64,000 bases of DNA, taken from Chitinophagaceae bacterium (GTDB lineage: Bacteria; Bacteroidota; Bacteroidia; Chitinophagales; Chitinophagaceae). Numbering within the stretch: position 1 is the stretch's first letter; every line of letters begins with the position of its first letter. Positions 6,970-16,068 of this stretch are shown piece by piece. The stretch is taken from assembly GCA_947458275.1 (NCBI GenBank), contig CANGYR010000012.1:1372-65371 (forward strand). The letters are read 5' to 3'. Below the pieces are notes generated by a model. It was not told the origin of the DNA, searched no databases, and worked only from the letters and a program-made list of their open reading frames with translations. A program made the translations under genes and the position numbers.

Positions 6970-9390
6970 CTATTTTCCTATACTCTTCTCCACTTCCGCA
7001 ATGGCGTTTACGGTTTTAATCACCGAATCCGGAGTGACAGAAATACTGTCAATTCCCAGTTCTACCAGAAACTGCGCAAAGTCGGGGAAATCAGAAGGCC
7101 CTTGTCCGCAAATTCCTACTTTTACTTTATTGGCTTTCGCTGTAGTAATCAGTAGCTTGAGCATTTTCTTAACGGCGGGGTTTCTCTCGTCATATAAATG
7201 AGCCACCAGGGAGGAGTCTCTGTCTAAGCCAAGGGTAAGCTGTGTCAAATCATTGCTACCGATAGAGAAACCGTCAATGTGTTGTGCAAATTCTTCTGCC
7301 AGCATAATATTAGAAGGTATCTCGGCCATCAGAAACAGTTCAAGCTTGTTTTCTCCTCTTTGCAGGCCGAATTCTTTCATTACAGCCGTCACCTTATGCA
7401 ACTCTTCCACTGTTCTGCAAAACGGTACCATGACCACGACATTGGTGAGACCCATTTCATCTCTCACTTTTTTGATGGCCCTGCATTCGAGTCCGAAGGC
7501 GGGTTTGTAAATATCAGAGTAATATCTCGACGCACCGCGCCATCCAATCATTGGATTTTCTTCATGCGGTTCATAATATTTACCTCCAAGCAAGTTGTAG
7601 TATTCATTGCTCTTGAAATCAGAGAAACGAACAATCACTTTATTAGGATAAAATGAAGCGGCTATTTTAGCAATACCATTCGAAAGTTTTTCAATGAAGA
7701 ACTCTTCCTCATTTTCATAACCGATGATTTTTTTCTCAATCTCTTCTGTAAGCGCTGCATCATTCAAATTTCTGTGATTGAGCAAAGCCAAAGGATGCAC
7801 TTGTATGTAATTGTTAATGATAAACTCTTCTCTTGCCAAACCTACACCTTTATTGGGCAAATGTGAAAATTGAAATGCAAGTCCCGGGGAAGCCACATTC
7901 AGCATGATGTCCGTCTTCACTTTTGGCAAATTGGAAAGATCATATTCCGATTTGGTGTAAGTGATTTCTCCTTTATAAATATAGCCGTCATCTCCTTCAG
8001 CACAAGATGCAGTAATCAGTTCTCCTTCTTTAACCAGATCGGTGATGTTGCCACAACCTACTATGGCCGGTACGCCCAGCTCTCTCGCTACGATAGCAGC
8101 GTGACAGGTTCTGCCTCCTTTATTGGTAATGATGGCAGATGCTTTTTTCATAATGGGCTCCCAATCAGGATCTGTCATATCAGTTACTAAAACCGAACCG
8201 GCAACAAACTCATGTCCTTCACTTACCCTTTTGTCTAATGAATAAAGAATCGTTGCTTTTCCCGATCCGATTTTATCTCCTACCGCAATGCCTTTGGAAA
8301 TGAGCTTTTCATGTCTCTTCTCATCCGCAATTTTATATTCGGTAATTTTATTGTGGTCTTTTTGTGAATGTATGGTCTCCGGTCTGGCTTGTACAATAAA
8401 CAATTCTTTTGTCAGTCCGTCAATAGCCCATTCCACATCCATCGGCGTCCATTTGTCTTTAATCTTGCTGTAGTAGTCTTCAATGATGGCAATCCATTTA
8501 GCCAGCTTGATGATGGTTTCATCTTTCAGACAAAATCTTCTTCTGAATTTATTTTCTGTAGGAATGATTTTTACCCTTTCATCACCGCCTTCACCGTAAA
8601 TCATCATCTTGTCTTTATTCCCCATTTTCTTTTCAATGATGGCATTGAACCCTTCTTTTACCAGTGGCTTGAATACGATGTATTCATCCGGAGAAACAGC
8701 TCCCTGTACAATCATCTCTCCCAATCCGAAAGAGGCATTGATTACCACTGCATCCTTAAATCCGCTCTCGGTATCAATAGAAAAACCAACTCCCGAAGCA
8801 CCCAAATCACTTCTTACCATTTTCTGAATACAAACGGAGAGTGCTACCTGAAAATGATCATAACCAAAACTCTGGCGATAGCTGATGGCTCTGTCTGTAA
8901 ACAATGATGCAAAGCAGTTTCTCACACAGTCCATTAATGTGGCAGGACCTCTTACGTTTAGAAAAGTTTCCTGCTGTCCGGCAAATGAAGCATCTGGCAA
9001 ATCTTCGGCTGTCGCGGAACTTCTTACGGCAACGTCTGTAAATTCCTGGTCGTAAATAGCAGAAAGTTTTTTGTAGGATTCAATCACTTCCTCGCTCATT
9101 TCTTTTGAAAATCTTCCATTGAGGATCAGCTGGCGCACCTGCATGCCCCCTCTTCTGAGTGATTCAATGTTGTCGTAGTCAATGGCGTTGACAATTTCTT
9201 TGATGTTTTTATCCAGATCGTTGAAACGGATAAATTCGTAGTAGGCATCAACGGTGATAACAAATCCTCCGGGGACTTGGACTCCTAATGAGGTAAGGTT
9301 CTGAATCATTTCCCCCAGTGAGGCGTTCTTGCCTCCAACCAAAGGAATACTGTTGATACCCACGCTTTCGAGTGGTAAAGTATAGTTCAT
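6970..9390 (-). CDS. ppsA: Phosphoenolpyruvate synthase (pyruvate, water dikinase)
   Basis: 806 aa. N-terminal GGKNASLGEM, central phosphohistidine region GGRTCHAAIVARELGVPAIVG, and a C-terminal PEP-utilising TIM-barrel domain. Confidence 0.93.
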   Translation of the reverse strand: MNYTLPLESVGINSIPLVGGKNASLGEMIQNLTSLGVQVPGGFVITVDAYYEFIRFNDLDKNIKEIVNAIDYDNIESLRRGGMQVRQLILNGRFSKEMSEEVIESYKKLSAIYDQEFTDVAVRSSATAEDLPDASFAGQQETFLNVRGPATLMDCVRNCFASLFTDRAISYRQSFGYDHFQVALSVCIQKMVRSDLGASGVGFSIDTESGFKDAVVINASFGLGEMIVQGAVSPDEYIVFKPLVKEGFNAIIEKKMGNKDKMMIYGEGGDERVKIIPTENKFRRRFCLKDETIIKLAKWIAIIEDYYSKIKDKWTPMDVEWAIDGLTKELFIVQARPETIHSQKDHNKITEYKIADEKRHEKLISKGIAVGDKIGSGKATILYSLDKRVSEGHEFVAGSVLVTDMTDPDWEPIMKKASAIITNKGGRTCHAAIVARELGVPAIVGCGNITDLVKEGELITASCAEGDDGYIYKGEITYTKSEYDLSNLPKVKTDIMLNVASPGLAFQFSHLPNKGVGLAREEFIINNYIQVHPLALLNHRNLNDAALTEEIEKKIIGYENEEEFFIEKLSNGIAKIAASFYPNKVIVRFSDFKSNEYYNLLGGKYYEPHEENPMIGWRGASRYYSDIYKPAFGLECRAIKKVRDEMGLTNVVVMVPFCRTVEELHKVTAVMKEFGLQRGENKLELFLMAEIPSNIMLAEEFAQHIDGFSIGSNDLTQLTLGLDRDSSLVAHLYDERNPAVKKMLKLLITTAKANKVKVGICGQGPSDFPDFAQFLVELGIDSISVTPDSVIKTVNAIAEVEKSIGK

Positions 9391-9621
9391 AATGCAATCG
9401 TTTCCGCAAAATAAAGCATACTATTTTTCAAAACCAATTATTTTATGAGTTAATATATCTTTTAAATCTTTATCATGTATTGTGCCCTTTATCATCATAG
9501 ACATTTGGTTTGTCTCGTATCGCACAGCTATTCCCCAATATTAATCTGTATTTTTTAAACAGTAAATAAAAAAATATTAAATATCACTTAATTTTATATA
9601 TGATGGGTGTCACAGTTTTTT

Positions 9622-9637
9622 ACTGATATATATCAGT
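9622..9637. promoter_or_regulatory. 16-bp perfect palindrome ACTGATATATATCAGT, a candidate Crp/Fnr-family operator in the divergent ppsA / kinase intergenic region
   Basis: Perfect dyad with TGAT-N4-ATCA core (FNR-type TTGAT-N4-ATCAA, 4 of 5 per half-site). It is 95 bp upstream of the kinase ATG and 232 bp upstream of the ppsA ATG. Confidence 0.35.
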
Positions 9638-9731
9638 CATATATTTCATTCTTTTTTAAACTTATCAGTTAGTTTTATGACCAATTTAAAAATCCGAAAT
9701 AAATAACAATTGAATTCTTCATTATTTACAA

Positions 9732-11378
9732 ATGAATCAAAGTAAAAATATTCCAAATCATACTTTGAGTCGCTTTGATGTGTTTTTCGAGCATGCGTCA
9801 ATGGGTATTGTAATTGTTAACAGCAAAGGGGAAATCATTTCAGCAAATCCTTTTTTACTAAAACTTTTTGAATACACTGAGACTGAACTTATAGGGAAAA
9901 AAATTGAGGTGTTGATTCCCTCGCGTTTTAGGCATAATCACGAAAAACATCGGGATGGCTATGTTGAGCAGCCCAAAAACAGACCAATGGGAATTGGCTT
10001 TGATTTATTTGGCGTAAAAAAAGACGGCATCGAGTTTCCTGTTGAAGTCAGCCTGAGTTATTATGAGAAAAAAAATGAAAAATTTGCCATTGGTTTCATC
10101 AGCGATATTTCCAAAAGAAAAAAAGATGAAGAAGAGATATTGAAGATCAATAATGAGTTGAAAAAAACTGCTAAAAAGAAATCTGATGAACTGGCACAAA
10201 CTTTAATCGAGCTGGAAGACTCTAATGAAAAGCAGGAAATTTCCATTGCATATCAAAAGGCCATCTTGGATAATGCCGGTGTGATGCTGTTCGTGATGAA
10301 TATCAAGGGCGTTATTCAATTCTTTAATCCGGAAGCTGAAAAGATTACAGGGTATAATGCGGAAGAAGTAGTAGGTAAATTAACGCCGGATATTTTTCAT
10401 GCTCGGGAAGATTTAGATTTATGCAAAAATGAGTTGCGTATAGAATTTGGCATTGATGTGAAAAATGACGCTGATGCAATCATGCAGAAAGCCAAGAAAA
10501 ATCATCTTCGGGAAAAGGAATGCCGATACGTGAAAAAAGACGGTTCAGTTTTTCCGGTTTCATTAACGATAACCGTTATCTATGAAAAAAAGAATAAGAT
10601 CAATGGATATTTAGGTGTTGCCATTGATATTTCCCATCAAAAGAAGGCGGAAGTGGATTTGATGGAGGCGTTGAAAAAAGAAAAGAAACTTAACGAGTTG
10701 AAGTCGCGCTTTGTATCTATGGCTTCGCACGAGTTTCGTACGCCGCTGAGTACGATTCTGTCATCTGCTTATCTTATAGAAAAATATACCAAAACAGATC
10801 AACAGGGAAAAAGAGAAAGCCATCTTCATCGCATCATTTCCTCTGTCAATCTGCTTACAGATATTCTGAATGATTTTCTGAGTGTAGGAAAAATAGAAGA
10901 AGGAAAAATACCTCTTCGCTTGGTTGATTTTAATATCAAGGAGATTATTAAATCTGTAATAGAGGATATGTCTATCAGCATGAAAAATGGGCAGCAATTT
11001 GAATACGATCATTTAGGTAAAGAGAAGGTTTTACTTGATCAGGTTTTATTAAAACACATTGCACTAAATCTTTTTTCTAATGCCATAAAATTTTCTCCTG
11101 AAGATGTAAACATTAAAGTGGAAACTGAAGTGAATAAAGATGAAATCAGATTTTCCGTAACTGATCGCGGCATAGGAATCTCTGAGGAAGATCAGGAACA
11201 TTTGATGGAACGCTTTTTCAGAGGTTCCAATGCAGCAAACATTCAGGGTACCGGGTTGGGTTTGTATATAGTGTCGAAATATGCTCAACGGATGAATGGA
11301 AAGATAGAGTGTGTCAGCAGCTTGTATAAAGGCACCACATTTAATGTAATTTTTAAACCGATAAACATACCATTATGA
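9732..11378 (+). CDS. PAS-domain sensor histidine kinase (HisKA + HATPase_c), cytoplasmic
   Basis: Two PAS blocks, H-box SMASHEFRTPLS, and N/G boxes (NAIKFSP...DRGIGI...GTGLGLYIV). 4-bp ATGA overlap with the next gene. Confidence 0.9.
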   Translation: MNQSKNIPNHTLSRFDVFFEHASMGIVIVNSKGEIISANPFLLKLFEYTETELIGKKIEVLIPSRFRHNHEKHRDGYVEQPKNRPMGIGFDLFGVKKDGIEFPVEVSLSYYEKKNEKFAIGFISDISKRKKDEEEILKINNELKKTAKKKSDELAQTLIELEDSNEKQEISIAYQKAILDNAGVMLFVMNIKGVIQFFNPEAEKITGYNAEEVVGKLTPDIFHAREDLDLCKNELRIEFGIDVKNDADAIMQKAKKNHLREKECRYVKKDGSVFPVSLTITVIYEKKNKINGYLGVAIDISHQKKAEVDLMEALKKEKKLNELKSRFVSMASHEFRTPLSTILSSAYLIEKYTKTDQQGKRESHLHRIISSVNLLTDILNDFLSVGKIEEGKIPLRLVDFNIKEIIKSVIEDMSISMKNGQQFEYDHLGKEKVLLDQVLLKHIALNLFSNAIKFSPEDVNIKVETEVNKDEIRFSVTDRGIGISEEDQEHLMERFFRGSNAANIQGTGLGLYIVSKYAQRMNGKIECVSSLYKGTTFNVIFKPINIPL

Positions 11379-12433
11379 AGACTTTGCTACTTATTGAAGA
11401 CAATGATGAAATCAGAGAAAACACCGCAGAAATTCTTGAACTTTCCATGTACAGGGTATTTACGGCGCCCAATGGAAAAGAGGGTATTGAACTTGCTATT
11501 GAAAAGAAACCCGATTTAATTATATGTGATATTATGATGCCGGTGCTCGACGGATACGGTGTATTACATGCCATTCAAAAATATGAGGAACTTAAAAATA
11601 TTCCTTTCATTTTTCTGACCGCCAAAGCAGAAAGAGCTGATTTCAGAAAGGGGATGGAGCAGGGAGCAGATGATTACATTACCAAACCATTTGAAGGAAC
11701 CGAATTGCTCAACGCAATAGACAGCAGACTAAAAAAGAATGACGTTCTTAAAAAAGTATTACAACCCGGAATAGAAGGATTGAATCAGCTGGCATTAGAA
11801 GCGTCCAATCCCAATGCACTTCAGTCGCTGATTGAGCATCGCAGCACGAATGTTTATAAGAAAAAACAGGTGATTTACACTGAAGGCAATCATCCCATTC
11901 ATTTGTATTATGTATTAAGAGGTAAGGTAAAAACATATAAATCCAATGATGATGGAAAGGATTTAGTCACCGACTTGTATTCAGCAGGTGATTTTCTGGG
12001 ATATATTTCCTTATTGCAGGAAAATGTTTACAGAGAAACTGCAGAGGCAATTGATGAATGTGAAATTGCCATGATTCCTAAAAAAGAATTTGAAGAATAC
12101 CTTAATAATAACAGAGACATCTCTAAAAAATTTATCAGCTTGCTTGCTAAAAATGTTTCTGACAAGGAAAATCATTTATTGAGTTTGGCTTACAACTCAC
12201 TGAGAAAGAAAGTTGCCGACGCATTGGTCACCCTCAAAAAGAAATATGAAAATCCTACACTGGATAAATTCAGCATAGACATCAGCAGGGAAAATCTCGC
12301 TACAATTGCCGGCACTGCCACAGAGTCGCTGATCAGAACATTGAGCGATTTTAAAAGCGAAAAAATCATCGACATCAAAGACGGGCATATCACCATTGTA
12401 AATCCTAAAAAACTGGAAGGAATGGTGAATTAA
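11375..12433 (+). CDS. Fusion regulator: REC receiver + Crp/Fnr-type effector domain + C-terminal Crp HTH
   Basis: N-terminus LLIEDNDEIREN...DLIICDIMMPVLDG..LTAK. Middle cNMP-binding-like barrel (VIYTEGNHPIHLYYVLRGKVKTY). C-terminus SRENLATIAGTATESLIRTLSDF HTH. Confidence 0.85.
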   Translation: MKTLLLIEDNDEIRENTAEILELSMYRVFTAPNGKEGIELAIEKKPDLIICDIMMPVLDGYGVLHAIQKYEELKNIPFIFLTAKAERADFRKGMEQGADDYITKPFEGTELLNAIDSRLKKNDVLKKVLQPGIEGLNQLALEASNPNALQSLIEHRSTNVYKKKQVIYTEGNHPIHLYYVLRGKVKTYKSNDDGKDLVTDLYSAGDFLGYISLLQENVYRETAEAIDECEIAMIPKKEFEEYLNNNRDISKKFISLLAKNVSDKENHLLSLAYNSLRKKVADALVTLKKKYENPTLDKFSIDISRENLATIAGTATESLIRTLSDFKSEKIIDIKDGHITIVNPKKLEGMVN

Positions 12434-12465
12434 ACAGACTTTCAATCCGTAACTATTACAAACTT

Positions 12466-12494
12466 AAAAACCCCGGAAACTTCCGGGGTTTTTT
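12466..12494 (+). terminator. Intrinsic terminator after the REC-Crp gene
   Basis: AAAAA-CCCCGGAA-AC-TTCCGGGG-TTTTTT. Nearly identical to the hairpin at 45293-45319. Confidence 0.8.
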
Positions 12495-12658
12495 ATCTTG
12501 GGGGGTTCAGAATTATTTTATTCAGAGTTCAATTAATTCTTTCTTTAATGAAATTACAGGACTTCCCCGTTTGCTAAATCAATCGAGCAAAAAGGTTTTG
12601 AAAAATCTGTTTAATTACGTGCAATGACTACGTACTAATACTTAGCGAGGGGATTATT

Positions 12659-13042
12659 TCATCTTTTTTCGGAGAAAAAAGTATTGAATTCAAACTTGAG
12701 TTTATTGAATTTTTGTTCGAAAAGTTCCATTTCTTTACGGAGTTTCTTGTGGCTTTTCATGATCTCTTTAATGGTGGCGTTTTCTTCGAAAACTTCCCTT
12801 CTAAGCCAGTTTTCCTGACTGGCCACATCGTTTCTTAACAGCGCTATGTTGCTGTCTTCTATCAACAATATGTTGTGATAATGCTCAATGTCGTCCAATA
12901 ATTCATTGGTGGCTTCCTCTTTGATGATTTGCGCCAGTCTGTTCTTGAGGTAAACGTTTTCGTTTTGAATATTTTCCAATAATCTTCTCCAGGTTTCAAA
13001 TTCAAACCAATACTGTTTTATGCTAAATTCGTTCATATCCAA
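12659..13042 (-). CDS. Hypothetical coiled-coil protein (127 aa)
   Basis: Clean ORF with charged, heptad-like composition. No recognisable domain. Coding status inferred from length and isolated position only. Confidence 0.45.
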   Translation of the reverse strand: MDMNEFSIKQYWFEFETWRRLLENIQNENVYLKNRLAQIIKEEATNELLDDIEHYHNILLIEDSNIALLRNDVASQENWLRREVFEENATIKEIMKSHKKLRKEMELFEQKFNKLKFEFNTFFSEKR

Positions 13043-13198
13043 TTACACAAATAAATAATTTTTTAAAAAAGTGTCCATGGATAAGTATTTTAACGGCTAA
13101 ATAAATAGTTCAAAGGCAAATTTACAATATGATTTTGTTTCTTTCTTGAACAATATCAGTTATTTAAATGATTTTCGTCAGTCTGTTCAGGATTAATC

Positions 13199-13237
13199 AA
13201 AGTACCCTGACCATTTCTTTTACAGCGAGGGTACTTT
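13199..13237 (-). terminator. Stem-loop downstream of hsp20
   Basis: AAAGTACCCT...AGGGTACTTT, a 10-bp perfect stem with a 19-nt loop. The T-run on the minus strand is weak. Confidence 0.4.
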
Positions 13238-13268
13238 GTTAACTTTATCTCAGTACATTTTTTGAAAA

Positions 13269-13715
13269 CTATTTTACTGCAATGTGTTTAGCAGGATGCT
13301 TTTTAGCTTCTTCTTTTTTGGGTAATACCAATGAAAGTATCCCATCGTGATAAGTAGCCTGAATATTTTCCTTGGTCACTTCTTCCGGTAAAGAGAAGCT
13401 GCGACTGAAAGAAGAATAGTTATACTCTTTACGGGTGTACCTTTCATCTTTTTCTTCTCTGGATTCTTCTTTTTCATTACTGATGGTGAGCATATTGCCG
13501 TCGATGGCAATATTAAAGTCGTCTTTTTTCATTCCCGGAACCGCTATCGATAATTTATAATCATCTTTTGATTCGATAATATTAACGGCAGGCACTGTCA
13601 GCATTCGATTCCATACATTACTTCCGGATTCAAACCATTCATTCCAGGGTTTAAAAAAATCATCAAAAATTGCGGGCAATGTACCGCCATTTCTGGTAAG
13701 TGCTTTTGTAGACAT
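13269..13715 (-). CDS. Small heat-shock protein, Hsp20/alpha-crystallin family
   Basis: 148 aa. Alpha-crystallin core (PAVNIIESKDDYKLSIAVPGMKKDDFNI...FSRSFSLPE...A.Y.DGIL.L.LPK). Confidence 0.9.
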   Translation of the reverse strand: MSTKALTRNGGTLPAIFDDFFKPWNEWFESGSNVWNRMLTVPAVNIIESKDDYKLSIAVPGMKKDDFNIAIDGNMLTISNEKEESREEKDERYTRKEYNYSSFSRSFSLPEEVTKENIQATYHDGILSLVLPKKEEAKKHPAKHIAVK

Positions 13716-13840
13716 GTCAATCTCTTTTTAGTTGTAAGTGAATTTATTTACTCACCGAAACTACTTTAACAAGCCTTCAATTACTATAATGTTTATCAAC
13801 CCAAATAATGAATGAAGTCAGTAAAATTGGTAGGAGGGGA

Positions 13841-15748
13841 TTAGCTTTCTTTTTCGCTCAATTCCAGCCAGCGCATTTCTTTTTCATCAAGTTCTTTGAT
13901 TACAATTCCGATTCTGTTGGCGGCTGCTTCGAGTGCTTCGAAAGATAAATCGGTACTCATTTTTTCCTCCAGTTCTTTTTTTTCTTTCTGTAGTGCAGGC
14001 AAATCTTTCTCTAAAGTTTCCAATTCAAATTTTTCCTTGAAAGATAATTTTTTGGAAATTGTTGTTTTTTCTATTGGAGCCGATGCTGATTTACTCTCTG
14101 TAGCCTCCGGTCCAGCTTTCATAATTTGCTGCGGATTTTTTTCCAGTAATCCTTTGGCTGCGGCTTCTCTGTATTGAGAATAGTTTCCCGGAAAATCTCG
14201 GATAACTCCATCGCCTTCAAAGGCAAACAAATGTTCTACCATTCTGTCCATGAAATAACGATCATGACTTACAATTAAAATGCAACCGGGATACTCCAGC
14301 AAAAACTCTTCCAATGTTCTCAATGTTTGTAAATCCAGGTCATTGGTGGGTTCATCCAACACCAGAAAGTTGGGATTCACAAAAAGCACGCTCATCAGAT
14401 GGAGTCTTCTTTTTTCACCGCCGCTCAACTTGCTCAGCATGGTATATTGCTGTTCGCCGGTGAAACCAAATTTTTCCATAAACTGGCTGGCAGAAATTTT
14501 GGAGCCGTCTGCCAGAGGGAAAAATTCTGCCATTGATTTTACATACTCAATGGCGCGCTTGTCTTCTTTGTATTGCAAACCATCCTGGCTAAAATTTCCG
14601 AAGACTACCGTATCGCCGTGATTTATTTTTCCGCTGTCCGGCTTTTCGAGCTGTAAGGCAATTTTTAGAAAAGTTGATTTACCTACACCGTTTTTTCCCA
14701 CAACCCCAATCCGTTCACCTCTTTTGAAGGTGTAATCAAAACCCTTCATAATGGCTAGCTCGCCGAAACTTTTGTACACTTTTTTCATTTCCAGAATCTT
14801 TCCTCCGAGTCTGGTCATTTTTACCTGCAGACTTACTTCTTCAATTTCTTTTTTCTGTTTCACTCTTTCTTCCACCTCTGCAAAGGCATCCTGTCGGCTT
14901 TTGCTCTTGGTGGTTCTGGCTTTGGGCTGCTTGCGCATCCACTCCAATTCTTTTCTGAAAATATTTTTATCCTTTAGAAGTTCACTTTGCTGTACTTCCA
15001 GCCGAAGACTTTTCTGCTCCAGGAAATAATCGTAATTGCCTTTGTACACATAAACTTTCTCTTCGTCTATTTCAATGATTTCGTTGCAAACTGCATCAAG
15101 AAAATAGCGGTCATGCGTTACCAGGAGTAGCGTGATTTTGCGCGCACCCAGGTATTCTTCCAGCCATTCAATCATAGATACATCCAAATGGTTGGTAGGT
15201 TCATCAAGGATAAGCAAACAGCGTCCTTCGTGCAATTCAGCTTCAATCAGGGCTTGCGCCAATGCCACACGTTTTTTTTGTCCGCCGCTGAGGTTGCCTA
15301 CTTTTTCATTGAGCTGATGTAAATTGAGTGTTCCCAGAATCTGCTTAAGATCGCTTTCAAATGTCCATGCATTGAGATCATCGAGTTGGCTCATCAGTTC
15401 ACCCAGCTTTTCATGATCATCGGAACCCTCTTCCAAAAACTTTTCATAAGCTTTTACTGCTTTAATCACCGGATTGTCCAGTCTCAGCACATTGTCCCAA
15501 ATCGTTTTTTCCGGATCAAAATCATTGTCCTGTTGCAACATAACTGTTTTGATGTCTTTATGAATCCAAACAGTTCCGTTGTCTGCCGTATCAAGGCCCG
15601 CGATGATTTTCATCAGGGTACTTTTGCCAGATCCGTTCCTTGCAACCAGGGCAATTTTATCGCCCTCTTCAATATTGATGGTAATATTTTTAAACAGCGT
15701 TCTTATTCCAAAAGACTTGCTTATGTTTTCTATGGAGGCGTAATGCAT
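13841..15748 (-). CDS. ABC-F family ATPase (Uup-like; two ABC cassettes, no TM domain, C-terminal coiled coil)
   Basis: 635 aa. Two Walker A motifs (GRNGSGKST, GKNGVGKST), two LSGG signatures (LSGGQKKR, LSGGEKRR), an inter-domain linker and an acidic coiled-coil tail. Confidence 0.9.
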   Translation of the reverse strand: MHYASIENISKSFGIRTLFKNITINIEEGDKIALVARNGSGKSTLMKIIAGLDTADNGTVWIHKDIKTVMLQQDNDFDPEKTIWDNVLRLDNPVIKAVKAYEKFLEEGSDDHEKLGELMSQLDDLNAWTFESDLKQILGTLNLHQLNEKVGNLSGGQKKRVALAQALIEAELHEGRCLLILDEPTNHLDVSMIEWLEEYLGARKITLLLVTHDRYFLDAVCNEIIEIDEEKVYVYKGNYDYFLEQKSLRLEVQQSELLKDKNIFRKELEWMRKQPKARTTKSKSRQDAFAEVEERVKQKKEIEEVSLQVKMTRLGGKILEMKKVYKSFGELAIMKGFDYTFKRGERIGVVGKNGVGKSTFLKIALQLEKPDSGKINHGDTVVFGNFSQDGLQYKEDKRAIEYVKSMAEFFPLADGSKISASQFMEKFGFTGEQQYTMLSKLSGGEKRRLHLMSVLFVNPNFLVLDEPTNDLDLQTLRTLEEFLLEYPGCILIVSHDRYFMDRMVEHLFAFEGDGVIRDFPGNYSQYREAAAKGLLEKNPQQIMKAGPEATESKSASAPIEKTTISKKLSFKEKFELETLEKDLPALQKEKKELEEKMSTDLSFEALEAAANRIGIVIKELDEKEMRWLELSEKES

Positions 15749-15887
15749 GGGCGCAAAGATAGTTTAGTGGCACACGTTAGTAAAAAAGATAAACATAATA
15801 CAAAATCTTTAAGTATAAAAATTTGATTGTCTATACAATTTTAGCTGTTTAAATCATTTTCACTGGACTATAGTTCACAAAATGCAG

Positions 15888-15895
15888 TAACTTTG
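15888..15895 (+). promoter_or_regulatory. Candidate -7 element (TAACTTTG) upstream of the polysaccharide export gene
   Basis: Exact TAnnTTTG. It lies 174 bp upstream of the ATG at 16069, implying a long 5' UTR that contains an 8-bp-stem hairpin (ATGTATTG-CATC-CAATACAT, about 15991-16010). Confidence 0.3.
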
Positions 15896-16068
15896 TGCAT
15901 GATTTGCTTCAGTTGGGAGCCAAACGGTCGGCATATTATTAAAATTAAATTTAATATAAATAAAATTATCGGTTCTTCTATAATTACATGTATTGCATCC
16001 AATACATTATCTGACTTTATGCAACATCAAAATGTTAATGTTTTAATCAATAATGCACTTGAACAATT

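Noticed and set aside
8368-8907. Long antisense ORFs inside real genes (8368-8907, 15386-15826, 20608-21150, 31775-32140, 33370-33852, 46902-47354, 49143-49655, 62763-63149, 63279-63848)
   Set aside because: Each lies fully within a confidently identified gene on the opposite strand and has low-complexity or Cys/Arg/Phe-rich composition typical of shadow frames. No independent signals support them.
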